Source: Myxococcales bacterium (GTDB lineage: Bacteria > Myxococcota_A > Polyangia > Polyangiales > Polyangiaceae). Taken from it: DNA of 58,508 nt. The notes under the pieces are model-generated. The model searched no databases and was not told where the DNA came from. It worked only from the letters and a program-made list of their open reading frames with translations. Location of the stretch: positions 1 to 58,508 of the forward strand of contig JAYTOU010000050.1 of the NCBI GenBank assembly GCA_043747615.1, given 5' to 3'. Positions within the stretch are counted from its first letter, which is position 1, and each line of letters opens with the position of its first letter. Positions 18,617 to 27,509 of this stretch are shown piece after piece. The position numbers and the translations under genes are program-made.

Positions 18617-19224
18617 CCAAGCCCAAGCTCATCTATTTCGATGCTCCCATCTCCCGAGGCGAGGAATGCCGGCTCGCCCTTCACGTTGCGGGCGTCGACT
18701 TCGAAGACGTTCGCTTGAAACGTGAAGACTGGTTGGCACTCAAGCCGACCACCCCGTTCGGCGCCGTGCCCGTCTTGGAAATGCCGGGACGACCGCCGAT
18801 TGGCCAGTCGAACGCCATCCTCGTTCTCATTGGGAGGCTTCACGGGCTGCATCCGCAGGACAACTTCGAAGCCGCGCAGCACGAGGCGATGATGGGATAC
18901 GTCGAAGACCTCCGCGCTGCGGTAACGCCGTCACTCCGGCTCACGGACGAGGCCGAGAAGAAGCGCGCGCGCGAGGTACTGGTCGCGACGTACCTCCCCA
19001 CCTGGGCGGGGAACGTGGAAAAGCTCATCGGCGACGGACCGTTCTTCGCCGGGTCCAAGCTCCAGGTGGTGGATCTCAAGCTCCACATGACCGTGCGCTG
19101 GTTCGCCGGCGGCAAAGTCGATCACATTCCGCCGACGATCTTCTCTGCCTTCCCGAAGCTCACCCGCGTGCACGACGCGGTTCGTGACGACGCGCGCGTC
19201 AAGGCCTGGACCGCGAAAAGCTGA
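18613..19224 (+). CDS. Glutathione S-transferase
   Basis: ATGA overlap with the upstream gene; KLIYF...RGEECRLAL, TPFGAVPVL, QSNAIL. Confidence 0.9.
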   Translation: MTKPKLIYFDAPISRGEECRLALHVAGVDFEDVRLKREDWLALKPTTPFGAVPVLEMPGRPPIGQSNAILVLIGRLHGLHPQDNFEAAQHEAMMGYVEDLRAAVTPSLRLTDEAEKKRAREVLVATYLPTWAGNVEKLIGDGPFFAGSKLQVVDLKLHMTVRWFAGGKVDHIPPTIFSAFPKLTRVHDAVRDDARVKAWTAKS

Positions 19225-19231
19225 ACACGTT

Positions 19232-19885
19232 TCACCTGCCCGCGAGGAGCGCCCGCGTGAACGACGCTCGCAAATAGAAACCGCGAGGCACGGTGAATAT
19301 GACCTCGCCCTCCGCGCCGACCATGGTCGTCCGAACGCGCCCCGTTGCGGCTTTCGGTCGCACCTGCAGCCAGCGACCTTCGCGCGCGGTGAGCGCTTCG
19401 ATCCGGCCGATCGCGATGGTTCCCATCAGATCCTCGAAGTCGGCGCGGAGGCCCTCTTCTTGTGCCGGGGTCGGTGACCACAAGAGCGGCTCGAGCACGG
19501 TGCGTTCGTACCAAGCGGAGCCTCGAGGCGTGGCGATAGGCACCCACAGAACACGAGCCAGCTTGGCGCGCAGCCACGAAGATTCCCACGTCACGGTCTC
19601 CGCGTCGCGTAGGGCGATCGTGCACACGAAGGTCGACTCGCGGGGGCGGCCTTCGCCGTCGACCGGGATTGTCTTGAGCTCGACGCCGAGATCGGGAAAA
19701 TCGTGGACCGCACCCGGACCCGCGTTGGCGCCAAGGGCGCGCTCGATCAGAACCCCGAGCTTGCCCTTCGTGTGGACGGAATCGGTGCCGAACGACACCT
19801 CGAGCTCGCGCGCGATCTCGCCCAGCGTCTGCCCCACGAGGCCGTGGGCACGCGCCAAAAGCTCAGCTTCACTTCGGGGGGGCAT
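19232..19885 (-). CDS. mutH: DNA mismatch-repair endonuclease MutH-like protein
   Basis: P.SEAELL.RA..L.G.TLGE, KG.LG.LIE..LGA.AG, DF..LGVELKTIPVD, ESTFVC, KLARVLWVPI, LQVRPKAA, PRGFYLRASFT. Start could be TTG 19906. Confidence 0.85.
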   Translation of the reverse strand: MPPRSEAELLARAHGLVGQTLGEIARELEVSFGTDSVHTKGKLGVLIERALGANAGPGAVHDFPDLGVELKTIPVDGEGRPRESTFVCTIALRDAETVTWESSWLRAKLARVLWVPIATPRGSAWYERTVLEPLLWSPTPAQEEGLRADFEDLMGTIAIGRIEALTAREGRWLQVRPKAATGRVRTTMVGAEGEVIFTVPRGFYLRASFTRALLAGR

Positions 19886-19942
19886 AGGGTGGAACGACTC
19901 TACCAAGTTGCTGGAATCATCCTCGTCGATGGTGGTACTCCC

Positions 19943-21454
19943 TTGGTCTTGGGCGCATCGCCACGAGCTTGCATCATTGAGCCGCTTCCTGGCGTCGTCG
20001 AGCCGTTCGAGGTGCTCGAGCTCTATCCCGAGCAAAAATATGCGTGCGTCCTCGAAGGGTCGTCGTCACCCTCGCCGCTGAGTCGGTACTCTTTCTTTTG
20101 CACCGATCCGTTTCTTGTCTTCCACAGTAAGAGAGCGCGGTCTTTTGCGGGACCACCAGACGCGATCGAGCCTCTCGAAGGAGATCCTCTCGCGAACCTC
20201 GCCGCGCTCCTCCAGAAATACCGCCCGTCGACGACCAGTTGGGTGCCGGGCCTCCCGCCCTTTCTGGGCGGAGCCGTTGGTTACCTTGGCTATGAGCTGC
20301 TCTATCTGATCGAGACGATTCCAGATCTCGGTGTCGACGATCTCGCGCTTCCGGACGCCTATTTCATTTTCTGCGACACGGTGATCGCTACCGATCACCT
20401 GGCGCAAAAAAGCTGGATCATCGCGAACGGGTTCGCTGATTCGCTCGCGGAGGCGACGGCATCTGCTACCCGGCGGCTCGCCGAAGCACGCGAGCGCATG
20501 TCCGGGCTCGGCGCGCGCCCCCCAGCGCACGTGAGCCGCGACGATCTTCGAACGCGGGGGCGCGCGCTCATGAAGGAGCGTCCGAGGCTGGGGCTCGAGC
20601 ACCTCACGACGGCGGGCATCCGTCCGGTGATGACGAAGGACGCGTATCTCGACGTGGTCTGCCGCGCGAAGGAGCACATCCTCGCCGGAGACATCTTCGA
20701 GGTGTGCACCGCGCAGCGCTTCGACACGGAGGTCGCAAGCTCGGGGATGGATCTCTACCGAGCGCTCCGAGCGATCAACGAAGCGCCGTTCGCCTCGTAT
20801 CTCCGGTTCCCGGAGGCTGAAGTGCTGTCGTCTTCGCCGGAGCGCTTCCTTCGACTCGACCGCGACCGATGGGCCGAGACTCGTCCGATCAAAGGCACTC
20901 GTCCGCGCGGCGAAACGCAGGAGAAAGACGAGGCGATGCTCCGTGATCTCCTCAGCAGCGAAAAAGACAACGCCGAGAACATCATCATCGTCGACCTCGC
21001 GCGCAACGACCTCGGTCGGGTCTGCGAGTTTGGCACCGTCCGCGTCCCCGAGCTCCGGATCGCCGAGACCTATCCCTTCGCGCATCAACTCGTCTCCACC
21101 GTGCGAGGAAGGCTGCGAAGCGAGCTCGGCATGATCGATCTGCTGCGTGCGACCTTCCCGGGTGGCTCGATGACGGGAGCGCCCAAGGTCGAAGCGATGA
21201 AGGTCATCGATCGCCTCGAGCCCGTGAAGCGCGGCATTTTCGCCGGCTCGATCGGCTACTTCGATTTCGAAGGATCATTCGATCTCAACATCGTCATCCG
21301 CACGCTCATCAAGAAAGGAGACCTGTTGAGCTTCCACGTCGGGGGCGCGCTGGTGATGGATTCGGTCCCCGAGGGCGAGTACCAGGAGACGCTCGACAAG
21401 GCCCACGCGCTCGTGCTCGCGATCGAGCTCACCAAGCAGGGCCTGAGCCGATGA
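19943..21454 (+). CDS. pabB: Aminodeoxychorismate synthase component I
   Basis: Chorismate-binding fold: FLGGAVGYLGYE, SSPERF, RPIKGT (the Lys is PabB-type; TrpE has PIAGT), IVDLARND, FPGGSMTGAPK. Start approximate. Confidence 0.8.
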   Translation: MVLGASPRACIIEPLPGVVEPFEVLELYPEQKYACVLEGSSSPSPLSRYSFFCTDPFLVFHSKRARSFAGPPDAIEPLEGDPLANLAALLQKYRPSTTSWVPGLPPFLGGAVGYLGYELLYLIETIPDLGVDDLALPDAYFIFCDTVIATDHLAQKSWIIANGFADSLAEATASATRRLAEARERMSGLGARPPAHVSRDDLRTRGRALMKERPRLGLEHLTTAGIRPVMTKDAYLDVVCRAKEHILAGDIFEVCTAQRFDTEVASSGMDLYRALRAINEAPFASYLRFPEAEVLSSSPERFLRLDRDRWAETRPIKGTRPRGETQEKDEAMLRDLLSSEKDNAENIIIVDLARNDLGRVCEFGTVRVPELRIAETYPFAHQLVSTVRGRLRSELGMIDLLRATFPGGSMTGAPKVEAMKVIDRLEPVKRGIFAGSIGYFDFEGSFDLNIVIRTLIKKGDLLSFHVGGALVMDSVPEGEYQETLDKAHALVLAIELTKQGLSR

Positions 21455-22023
21455 TCCTGATCGTCGATAATTATGACTCGTTCGTCTACAACCTTTACCA
21501 ATTCTTCGGCGAGCTCGGCGTCGCAGCGACGGTGATCCGGAACGACAAGATCACCGTCGAAGAAGTAGTCGATCTCCGGCCGTCTCATATCGTGATCTCG
21601 CCTGGTCCCGGAAGCCCCGAAGACCCGAGCTACTTTGGGATCTGCCGCGAGCTGATCCTCGAGGTCGGGCGAACCACTCCGCTCCTCGGCGTATGCCTTG
21701 GTCACCAAGGTATCGGCCACGCATTCGGAGCCCGTGTCGTTCGTGCGCCTATGGCAATGCATGGGAAAACAAGCCCTATCCGCCATGACGCGAGCGGCAT
21801 CTTCAAGGGTCTAGCGAGTCCGCTCACCGTGATGCGCTACCACTCGCTCGTCGTCGACCCGGAGACGATCCCGCCGTGCGTGCGCGTCACGGCCACGACG
21901 GACGACGGTGTGATCATGGGCATGGTCCACCGCGAGCTTCCGATTCACGGCGTGCAGTTTCATCCCGAGTCGATCGGCTCTCAAGGTGGCCTTCAGCTCC
22001 TGAGGAATTTTCTCGACGCCTAA
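21451..22023 (+). CDS. pabA: Glutamine amidotransferase (ADC synthase/anthranilate synthase component II)
   Basis: IVDNYDSF, ISPGPG, GVCLGHQ, RYHSL, QFHPES; ATGA overlap with pabB. Confidence 0.88.
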   Translation: MILIVDNYDSFVYNLYQFFGELGVAATVIRNDKITVEEVVDLRPSHIVISPGPGSPEDPSYFGICRELILEVGRTTPLLGVCLGHQGIGHAFGARVVRAPMAMHGKTSPIRHDASGIFKGLASPLTVMRYHSLVVDPETIPPCVRVTATTDDGVIMGMVHRELPIHGVQFHPESIGSQGGLQLLRNFLDA

Positions 22024-22027
22024 TGGA

Positions 22028-22906
22028 TCACTTCGCCATGGCCCGGTTCGCCAAAATGGCTCGCAGATGCGCCGCAAGCGCGTCCTTCGACCCGGCGAGG
22101 CCCGGCTCGGATCCAAACCAGATCTCCCAGGTGGCGAGCGCCTGGTAAATCAACATGTCCAGGCCACCTGCGGGCCGCAGACCGGCACGCGCGGCGAGCG
22201 CCAGAAAGGGCGTCTCCTCCGGGTTGTAGATCAGATCGAACGCGAGGGCGTCTGCGTTGACCTCGAGCGTCGGCAGGAGGGCAAAGAACTCCTGCGGGGT
22301 CGAGCTTCCCTCCGCGGCATTCCTCATTCCGAGCGGGGTTGCATTGACCACCAGCGACAGCGGTCCGTCGGTGCGTGGCGCGATCCCGAAAGCGGTGCGC
22401 GGGAAGAGTCGGCCGATCGCGGTCGCCAGGGTTTGCCCTCTCGCGGTGTCGCGGTTGGCAATGTGAACGGAGCGCGCGCCGAGTCGCCCGAGTGCGTAGC
22501 AGACGGCACGTGCCGCCCCGCCGGCGCCCCACACCCACGCGGATTCGCCTTCGATTCGACAGCGGTTCTCTTCCAGGGTCTTCATCACGCCGACGACGTC
22601 GGTGTTGTGGCCGTGCAAGCGCCCGTTGCTGATCTGAATGACGTTGACCGCCCCGATGGCCGCTGCCTCGGGCGTGATCTTGTCGAGCGCTGCGACGATC
22701 GCTTCCTTGTGCGGAATGGTCACGTTCAACCCGACGAACGCGGGATTGCTTCTCACGTCCCCAAGGAAGGTCGACAGAGCCGAGCTCTGAACTTCCTCTG
22801 CGCGGTAATAAAACTCTGTCACGCTCAGCCACTCTGCCAAGAAGGAGAAGATGGCCGGCGAGAGCGAATGCGACACGGGGGTGCCGATGACCGCCGCTTG
22901 TCTCAT
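22028..22906 (-). CDS. aroE: Shikimate dehydrogenase
   Basis: IGTPVSHSLSP, NVTIPHK, GAVN, HNTD, GAGGAARA, NATPLG, DLIYNP.ET, GLDMLIYQA. Confidence 0.92.
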   Translation of the reverse strand: MRQAAVIGTPVSHSLSPAIFSFLAEWLSVTEFYYRAEEVQSSALSTFLGDVRSNPAFVGLNVTIPHKEAIVAALDKITPEAAAIGAVNVIQISNGRLHGHNTDVVGVMKTLEENRCRIEGESAWVWGAGGAARAVCYALGRLGARSVHIANRDTARGQTLATAIGRLFPRTAFGIAPRTDGPLSLVVNATPLGMRNAAEGSSTPQEFFALLPTLEVNADALAFDLIYNPEETPFLALAARAGLRPAGGLDMLIYQALATWEIWFGSEPGLAGSKDALAAHLRAILANRAMAK

Positions 22907-22959
22907 CCTACGCAATCCTTGATCATGCTTCGCCTATTGTGCCACGAGCTTGAATCCAG

Positions 22960-23814
22960 ATGAGCACGCGTATTTGGGTCAACGGCGAGATCTTCTCCCC
23001 CGAGGACGCGCGCGTCCGGGTGATGGAGCACGGCTACCTCTATGGTGACGGCGCCTTCGAGACGATCCGCACCTACGGCGGCGTCCCGTTTCGACTGGAC
23101 GCCCACCTGCGTAGACTCGAGATCGCGCTCGGCACGCTGCGCATCCTTGGCGCGCCATCTTCTCGCGACCTCGCCTCGAGCCTCGAGACGACCTTGAAAG
23201 CCGCCGCCCTCGCCGAGGCGTACTGCCGAATCACGGTGAGCCGCGGGCTCGGCCAGGGACTCGATCCCCGCACCTGTGGTCCTCCCTCGGTGGTCATCAA
23301 CGTTCTGCCGCTCCGCGCCCAGCCGGACGCCGTCTACCGCGACGGCTTCTCCGCAACGTTCCTCTGGCCGCGTGCGCACGGAGACATGCCGCCTCCGTCG
23401 GTGAAGTCCACGAGCTACCAGCGGAGCGTCCTTGCGCGGTTCGTCCTCGCCGATCGCGGCGTCGATGAGGGCTTCTTCCTCGACACAGACGGCCACGTTT
23501 CCGAGGGGACTACGTCGAACCTCTTCGTCGTGAAAGACGGAGCGCTCCTCACGCCTCCCGAGGAGGTATGCCTCGCCGGAATAACCCGCGCGGAGGTTCT
23601 CGCCATCGCCCGCAAATCGGGGATCACTACGCGCGAGACGCACGTCCCGAAGGCCGCGCTGTTCGATGCAGACGAGCTCTTCGTCACCAGCTCGCTTGCC
23701 GAGCTCGTGCCCGTGACCCGGATTGACGGTCGCTCGGTAGGTACGGGTCGGCCCGGTCCGATGCATAGCGCTCTCTTCGCGACGTACCGCGCGCTCGCAG
23801 CCGGAAGCGCTTAA
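22960..23814 (+). CDS. Class IV PLP aminotransferase-family protein (probable 4-amino-4-deoxychorismate lyase by context; IlvE/Dat-like function not excluded)
   Basis: YGDGAFETIR, HLRRL, VKS, EGTTSNLF, LAGITR, ADELFVTSS. Confidence 0.85.
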   Translation: MSTRIWVNGEIFSPEDARVRVMEHGYLYGDGAFETIRTYGGVPFRLDAHLRRLEIALGTLRILGAPSSRDLASSLETTLKAAALAEAYCRITVSRGLGQGLDPRTCGPPSVVINVLPLRAQPDAVYRDGFSATFLWPRAHGDMPPPSVKSTSYQRSVLARFVLADRGVDEGFFLDTDGHVSEGTTSNLFVVKDGALLTPPEEVCLAGITRAEVLAIARKSGITTRETHVPKAALFDADELFVTSSLAELVPVTRIDGRSVGTGRPGPMHSALFATYRALAAGSA

Positions 23815-23853
23815 ACGAAAAACGCGCACCCAGCCTTTCGGCGAGGTGCGCGT
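23815..23853 (-). terminator. Rho-independent terminator between convergent genes
   Basis: Stem ACGCGCACC...GGTGCGCGT (23822-23853) preceded on + by an A-rich tract, which is a U-tail on the minus strand. Confidence 0.65.
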
Positions 23854-23867
23854 CCTCGTGCTCGACG

Positions 23868-24530
23868 TTACTTCTTCGGGGGAGCGCCACCGGGAGCGCC
23901 GGGGGGCGGGGGAGCCATGACGGGCTCGGGGACTTTGTTCTTCACCGCGGGGACGGTCTTCAAGTAGGCGAACATCGCCTTCAAGTCGTCGTCCTTCAGC
24001 TGGCTCATGGCCGGCCAAGGCATCGGCGGCAGAATCGGGCGGCCGGCCGCAGCGCCCATGTGCTTGCCGGTCTTCATCGCCGCCACGAACGTCTCTTCCG
24101 TCCAATTGCCGATCCCAGTTTCGGGATCGGACGTAATGTTCGCGGAGTAGCTCATGCCCCACGGGCCTTTCCACGCGGTCAAGTGAACGTTGGTCACCGC
24201 GACCCACGGCCCCGTGAGAGCAGGCGGCGGCGGAAGCCTGTCGTCGGCCGGCTGGCCGGAGAGCAACTTCGTCATGTCGAGCTCGGGACCCTTCAGTCCC
24301 ATTTTCTTCGGGGTGTGACAGTCGCTACAGCCCATCCCGGTGACGAGGTACTTGCCGCGCTCGACCGGGCTTTCGGTCGGAGCCGCAGGCGACGGGGGCT
24401 TGGCGTTCTCCGCCGTGAGCGCCTTTGCGCTCAAGCTCGACTCGGGCGCCGGCGTTGCTTGGTCGGTCTTGTCACACGCAAGTCCAAGGGCTGAGATCGA
24501 GAGACAGACGGGAAACAGCAGTCGCTTCAT
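23868..24530 (-). CDS. c-type cytochrome lipoprotein
   Basis: Lipobox GLAC; RGKYLV..GCSDCHTP (one CXXCH); NITSDPETGIG.W; PPMPW; D.DLKAMFAYL. Confidence 0.88.
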   Translation of the reverse strand: MKRLLFPVCLSISALGLACDKTDQATPAPESSLSAKALTAENAKPPSPAAPTESPVERGKYLVTGMGCSDCHTPKKMGLKGPELDMTKLLSGQPADDRLPPPPALTGPWVAVTNVHLTAWKGPWGMSYSANITSDPETGIGNWTEETFVAAMKTGKHMGAAAGRPILPPMPWPAMSQLKDDDLKAMFAYLKTVPAVKNKVPEPVMAPPPPGAPGGAPPKK

Positions 24531-24607
24531 GGGCGCTCCAGGGGCAATAGGGTGCACAACCGCCCGAGCGTAACGCATCCGCTCCCCCAGGACCGCGTTT
24601 TCGGAGC

Positions 24608-25180
24608 CTACAAACGCTCGAGCAGCGTTGCTATCGGGGGAGCGTTTCCCGTGGTCCGGATGCGCACTGCGAACAGCTCGTCGGCGCCGCCTTCCTGCGT
24701 GAGCTCGAAGCCACCCTCACCAAAAAGCCTCGCGCACACTTGGCTCAAGGCCGGTGCCACCGCCGCGAAAGTTTTCCCGACGCTTGGCGCCAGGAGCCGA
24801 TCGTTGATGCGAAAGAGAATCTCCTTCGCGGAGAAGCGCGCTTTTCCCGCGAGCCCGACCTCCCCCTCGAGCTTGCGGCAAGCGGTCAGCGCCGCGCGGA
24901 TGCTCGAACGGACCCGCTCTTCCCACGCGCCTGTCACCTCGCGCTTGCGGGCGTAGACGAGCCCCGGGCGCCCGTCGATCACGTCGATCGCGTAATTGGC
25001 TTCGTGGCAGATGAGCAGCACCCCGGGTCCGTCGTGGACGTGACTGTAGTCGGCGACGTCGATGAGCACCTCGTCGAGAGCGCGCGTCTGGATCCACCGA
25101 TGGAATACCGGAATGAAGTCGTGCGGCGCGACGGTGGGATCCTCGAGGTACACTTTTACGACGATGCGTTGCGCGTCCAC
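24608..25180 (-). CDS. Hypothetical protein coupled to the sulfite reductase gene
   Basis: GTG start overlaps the upstream TAG (TAGTG); well-formed FIPVFHRWIQ...LIDVADYSHVHDGPGVLL, F.INDRLLAP. Confidence 0.75.
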   Translation of the reverse strand: MDAQRIVVKVYLEDPTVAPHDFIPVFHRWIQTRALDEVLIDVADYSHVHDGPGVLLICHEANYAIDVIDGRPGLVYARKREVTGAWEERVRSSIRAALTACRKLEGEVGLAGKARFSAKEILFRINDRLLAPSVGKTFAAVAPALSQVCARLFGEGGFELTQEGGADELFAVRIRTTGNAPPIATLLERL

Positions 25181-27459
25181 TAGACTTCGGCCTTCTCCGC
25201 CGAGGCGGGCTTTTCGGCTGCGGTCGGCCCTTGCTGCAGACGCTGCAGACACACGTGCGCGGCGTCGGTGAAGAGGACAGACTCTTGTACCCAGCGGTTG
25301 GCGTCGTCCGGTGTCGCCGTGTCGAGCCTGCCGCTCTCGTCGTGGAGGCTGAAGAGAAACTGCGCGAACTTGTCGCCGGCGTACGGATCGGAAAATTGCT
25401 TGGTGTCGACCAGGCTCTCCCGGAAATTTCTAACGACTCCGGCGTCATCCGCCGTATCGATGCCTTTGGTCTTAACGAGCGCCTTGGCGGCTTGGATCAT
25501 GGAGCTGAGCGCGAGGCGTGACGCTCCCGCAACGTCTCCGGCGTCGAGGCGGAGCTGGGCTTCGAACGTCTCGCGCTCCGCGGCTGCGAGACCGAACTCG
25601 GCGAACGTGACTACTTCGCCCGCGCACTCACCCTCGCCCATGTCCGTGATCGAGTACTCGCGAGGGTCCCCCCAGTCCGTGTAGTAGGAAGGGTCTTCTT
25701 CGTAGGTTGGGACGGCCACGAGATCGGCGAAGAGAGCCTTGATGGCGACCTTTCCGCAGCGCTTGATGTAGTCCTGAAAAGACTCGTCCTTCAGTCGTTT
25801 CTCGACGTAGTCCTTCGAGACCCGCTCCACCACTTCCGGAATGCGCTTGGAGGGAACGGCGCCGAGCGCGAGGCCGTACGCCGCGGCGTTGTGAGAGGAC
25901 TGACCGCCGAGCACTACCTGGAAATGGGGAACGCGGCGGCCGTTCACGTTGCGGCTCACCCCCAGAAATCCAAGGTCCGCGATGTGGTGCTGGGCGCAAG
26001 AGTTGAAGCAGCCGCTCGCCTTGATCCGCAGCTTCTCTACGGAAGGGTCGGGCTGCGGGGCGTCGGCGAGGCGCTTCGTGAGCTCGGCGGCGAGTCCTCG
26101 CGAAGAGGAGATGCCGAGCTTGCAGGTGTCCGTGCCGGGGCACGCCGTGATGTCGGCGATGGTGCCCGCTCCGGCGAGGGCCAGACCGACGGACTTCAAC
26201 TCCGTGTAGAGTGCAGGTAGATCGGCCTCACTCACCCAGCGGAAGATCATGTTCTGTTCGACGGTCGTGCGAACCGTGTCGCCCGTGAAGCGCCTGGCCA
26301 TGTTTGCAACGGCGCGCATCTGTCGTGAGGTGAGATCGCCCAGGGGAAGGCGGATGACGGCGATGAAGTACCCCGGCTGCACCTGGTCGAGGACGTTGGT
26401 GCGCGCCCACGCGTCGTACCCTTCGGGCCGGGCGCTGCCGTTCAACGCAACCGCGGGGCGAAGAGGCTTGTCGTCCGTGACGTGGAGGTCTTTCAAGAAC
26501 GCGGTGAAGCGCTGGTCGGGGAGCAGCTTGGTGCGCTCTTCCAGGACGAGGCGTTTGAACTCGGCGATCCCCAGCTTGGCGACCAGGAACTTCACGCGTG
26601 CACGCTGCCGGTTCTTCTTCTCGCCGAGGCGCGCGAACACGCGGCAGATCGCCAGAGCCATCGGCAGGAGCTCTTCTTCGGGCAAAAATTCGTCGAACAG
26701 CTTGGCCTGATGAGTGACCGCGCCGAGCCCGCCGCCGACGTAGAACTCGAAGCCGCGCTTTGCGTCGCGGACGCGGGCGATGGCCCCGAGATCATGAAGG
26801 CCGGTGAGGCCGCACGGGTTGTCTTTGCATCCCGAGAAGGCGACCTTGAATTTCCGCCCGAAGCTCTGGCAGTCGTCGTGCCCGAGGAGGAAGTGATGCA
26901 TGGCGTTCGAGTACGGCGTGACGTCGAACGATTCGGTGTGGCAGACGCCGGACAGAGGGCAGGCGGTGACGTTCCGCACCACGTTGCCGCAGGCCTCGCG
27001 GGTGGTGATCCCCACGGCGGCGAGGCGGCGCATGATGTCGGGGCAATCGTCGATGTGAACGAAGTGAAGCTGATAGTCCTGCCGCGTCGTCACGTGCAGG
27101 ATGGCGTCGGAGTACTCCTCGGCAACGGCCGCAAGGGCGTCCATCTGATTGGCGCTGACGCCGCCGAAGGGGATCTTGATCCGCAGCATGCCGGGGGCGT
27201 CCCACAGCGTGTTCGGGCCCTTGGTCGGTGCGCCGGACGGAAATACGATCTGCTGGATCTTCTCGCCGTCGTGGCGGTGGCCGTTGTCGTAGCGCTGACC
27301 GTACGCGCCGCGCCGGAGCCGCGTCTCCGCGAAGAGCTTCTCTTCGACCTTCCCGCGCTTGCGGAGATCGATCTGCATCGCGAAGACGTCGATTTCGCGC
27401 TCCAGCGTAGCGTCCGTCGTCTCGTGGAGAACCTCACGCCACGTTGTCCCATCCGTCAT
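25180..27459 (-). CDS. Nitrite/sulfite reductase hemoprotein (ferredoxin-type; assimilatory sulfite reductase by context) with a C-terminal helical extension
   Basis: MLRIKIP.G, HVTTRQ, ACGNVVRNVTACP, RKFKVAFSGC, ACPGTDTC, SGCFNSCAQH (siroheme/4Fe-4S ligands). Confidence 0.9.
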   Translation of the reverse strand: MTDGTTWREVLHETTDATLEREIDVFAMQIDLRKRGKVEEKLFAETRLRRGAYGQRYDNGHRHDGEKIQQIVFPSGAPTKGPNTLWDAPGMLRIKIPFGGVSANQMDALAAVAEEYSDAILHVTTRQDYQLHFVHIDDCPDIMRRLAAVGITTREACGNVVRNVTACPLSGVCHTESFDVTPYSNAMHHFLLGHDDCQSFGRKFKVAFSGCKDNPCGLTGLHDLGAIARVRDAKRGFEFYVGGGLGAVTHQAKLFDEFLPEEELLPMALAICRVFARLGEKKNRQRARVKFLVAKLGIAEFKRLVLEERTKLLPDQRFTAFLKDLHVTDDKPLRPAVALNGSARPEGYDAWARTNVLDQVQPGYFIAVIRLPLGDLTSRQMRAVANMARRFTGDTVRTTVEQNMIFRWVSEADLPALYTELKSVGLALAGAGTIADITACPGTDTCKLGISSSRGLAAELTKRLADAPQPDPSVEKLRIKASGCFNSCAQHHIADLGFLGVSRNVNGRRVPHFQVVLGGQSSHNAAAYGLALGAVPSKRIPEVVERVSKDYVEKRLKDESFQDYIKRCGKVAIKALFADLVAVPTYEEDPSYYTDWGDPREYSITDMGEGECAGEVVTFAEFGLAAAERETFEAQLRLDAGDVAGASRLALSSMIQAAKALVKTKGIDTADDAGVVRNFRESLVDTKQFSDPYAGDKFAQFLFSLHDESGRLDTATPDDANRWVQESVLFTDAAHVCLQRLQQGPTAAEKPASAEKAEV

Positions 27460-27482
27460 TTCTCGTACCCTACCACCATCGT

Positions 27483-27498
27483 GTCTACTATACTAGAC
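27483..27498. promoter_or_regulatory. Palindromic operator candidate in the sulfur divergon
   Basis: GTCTACTATACTAGAC is a near-perfect 16-bp inverted repeat in the 50-bp AT-richer divergent gap. It contains TATACT. Confidence 0.5.
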
Positions 27499-27509
27499 GT
27501 ACAGCCAAC

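Noticed and set aside
19703..21454. Anthranilate synthase TrpE, and the long 583-aa ORF start
   Set aside because: PIKGT and the lack of LLES/NPSPY favour PabB; no other trp genes are nearby; the 5' extension overlaps mutH on the opposite strand.
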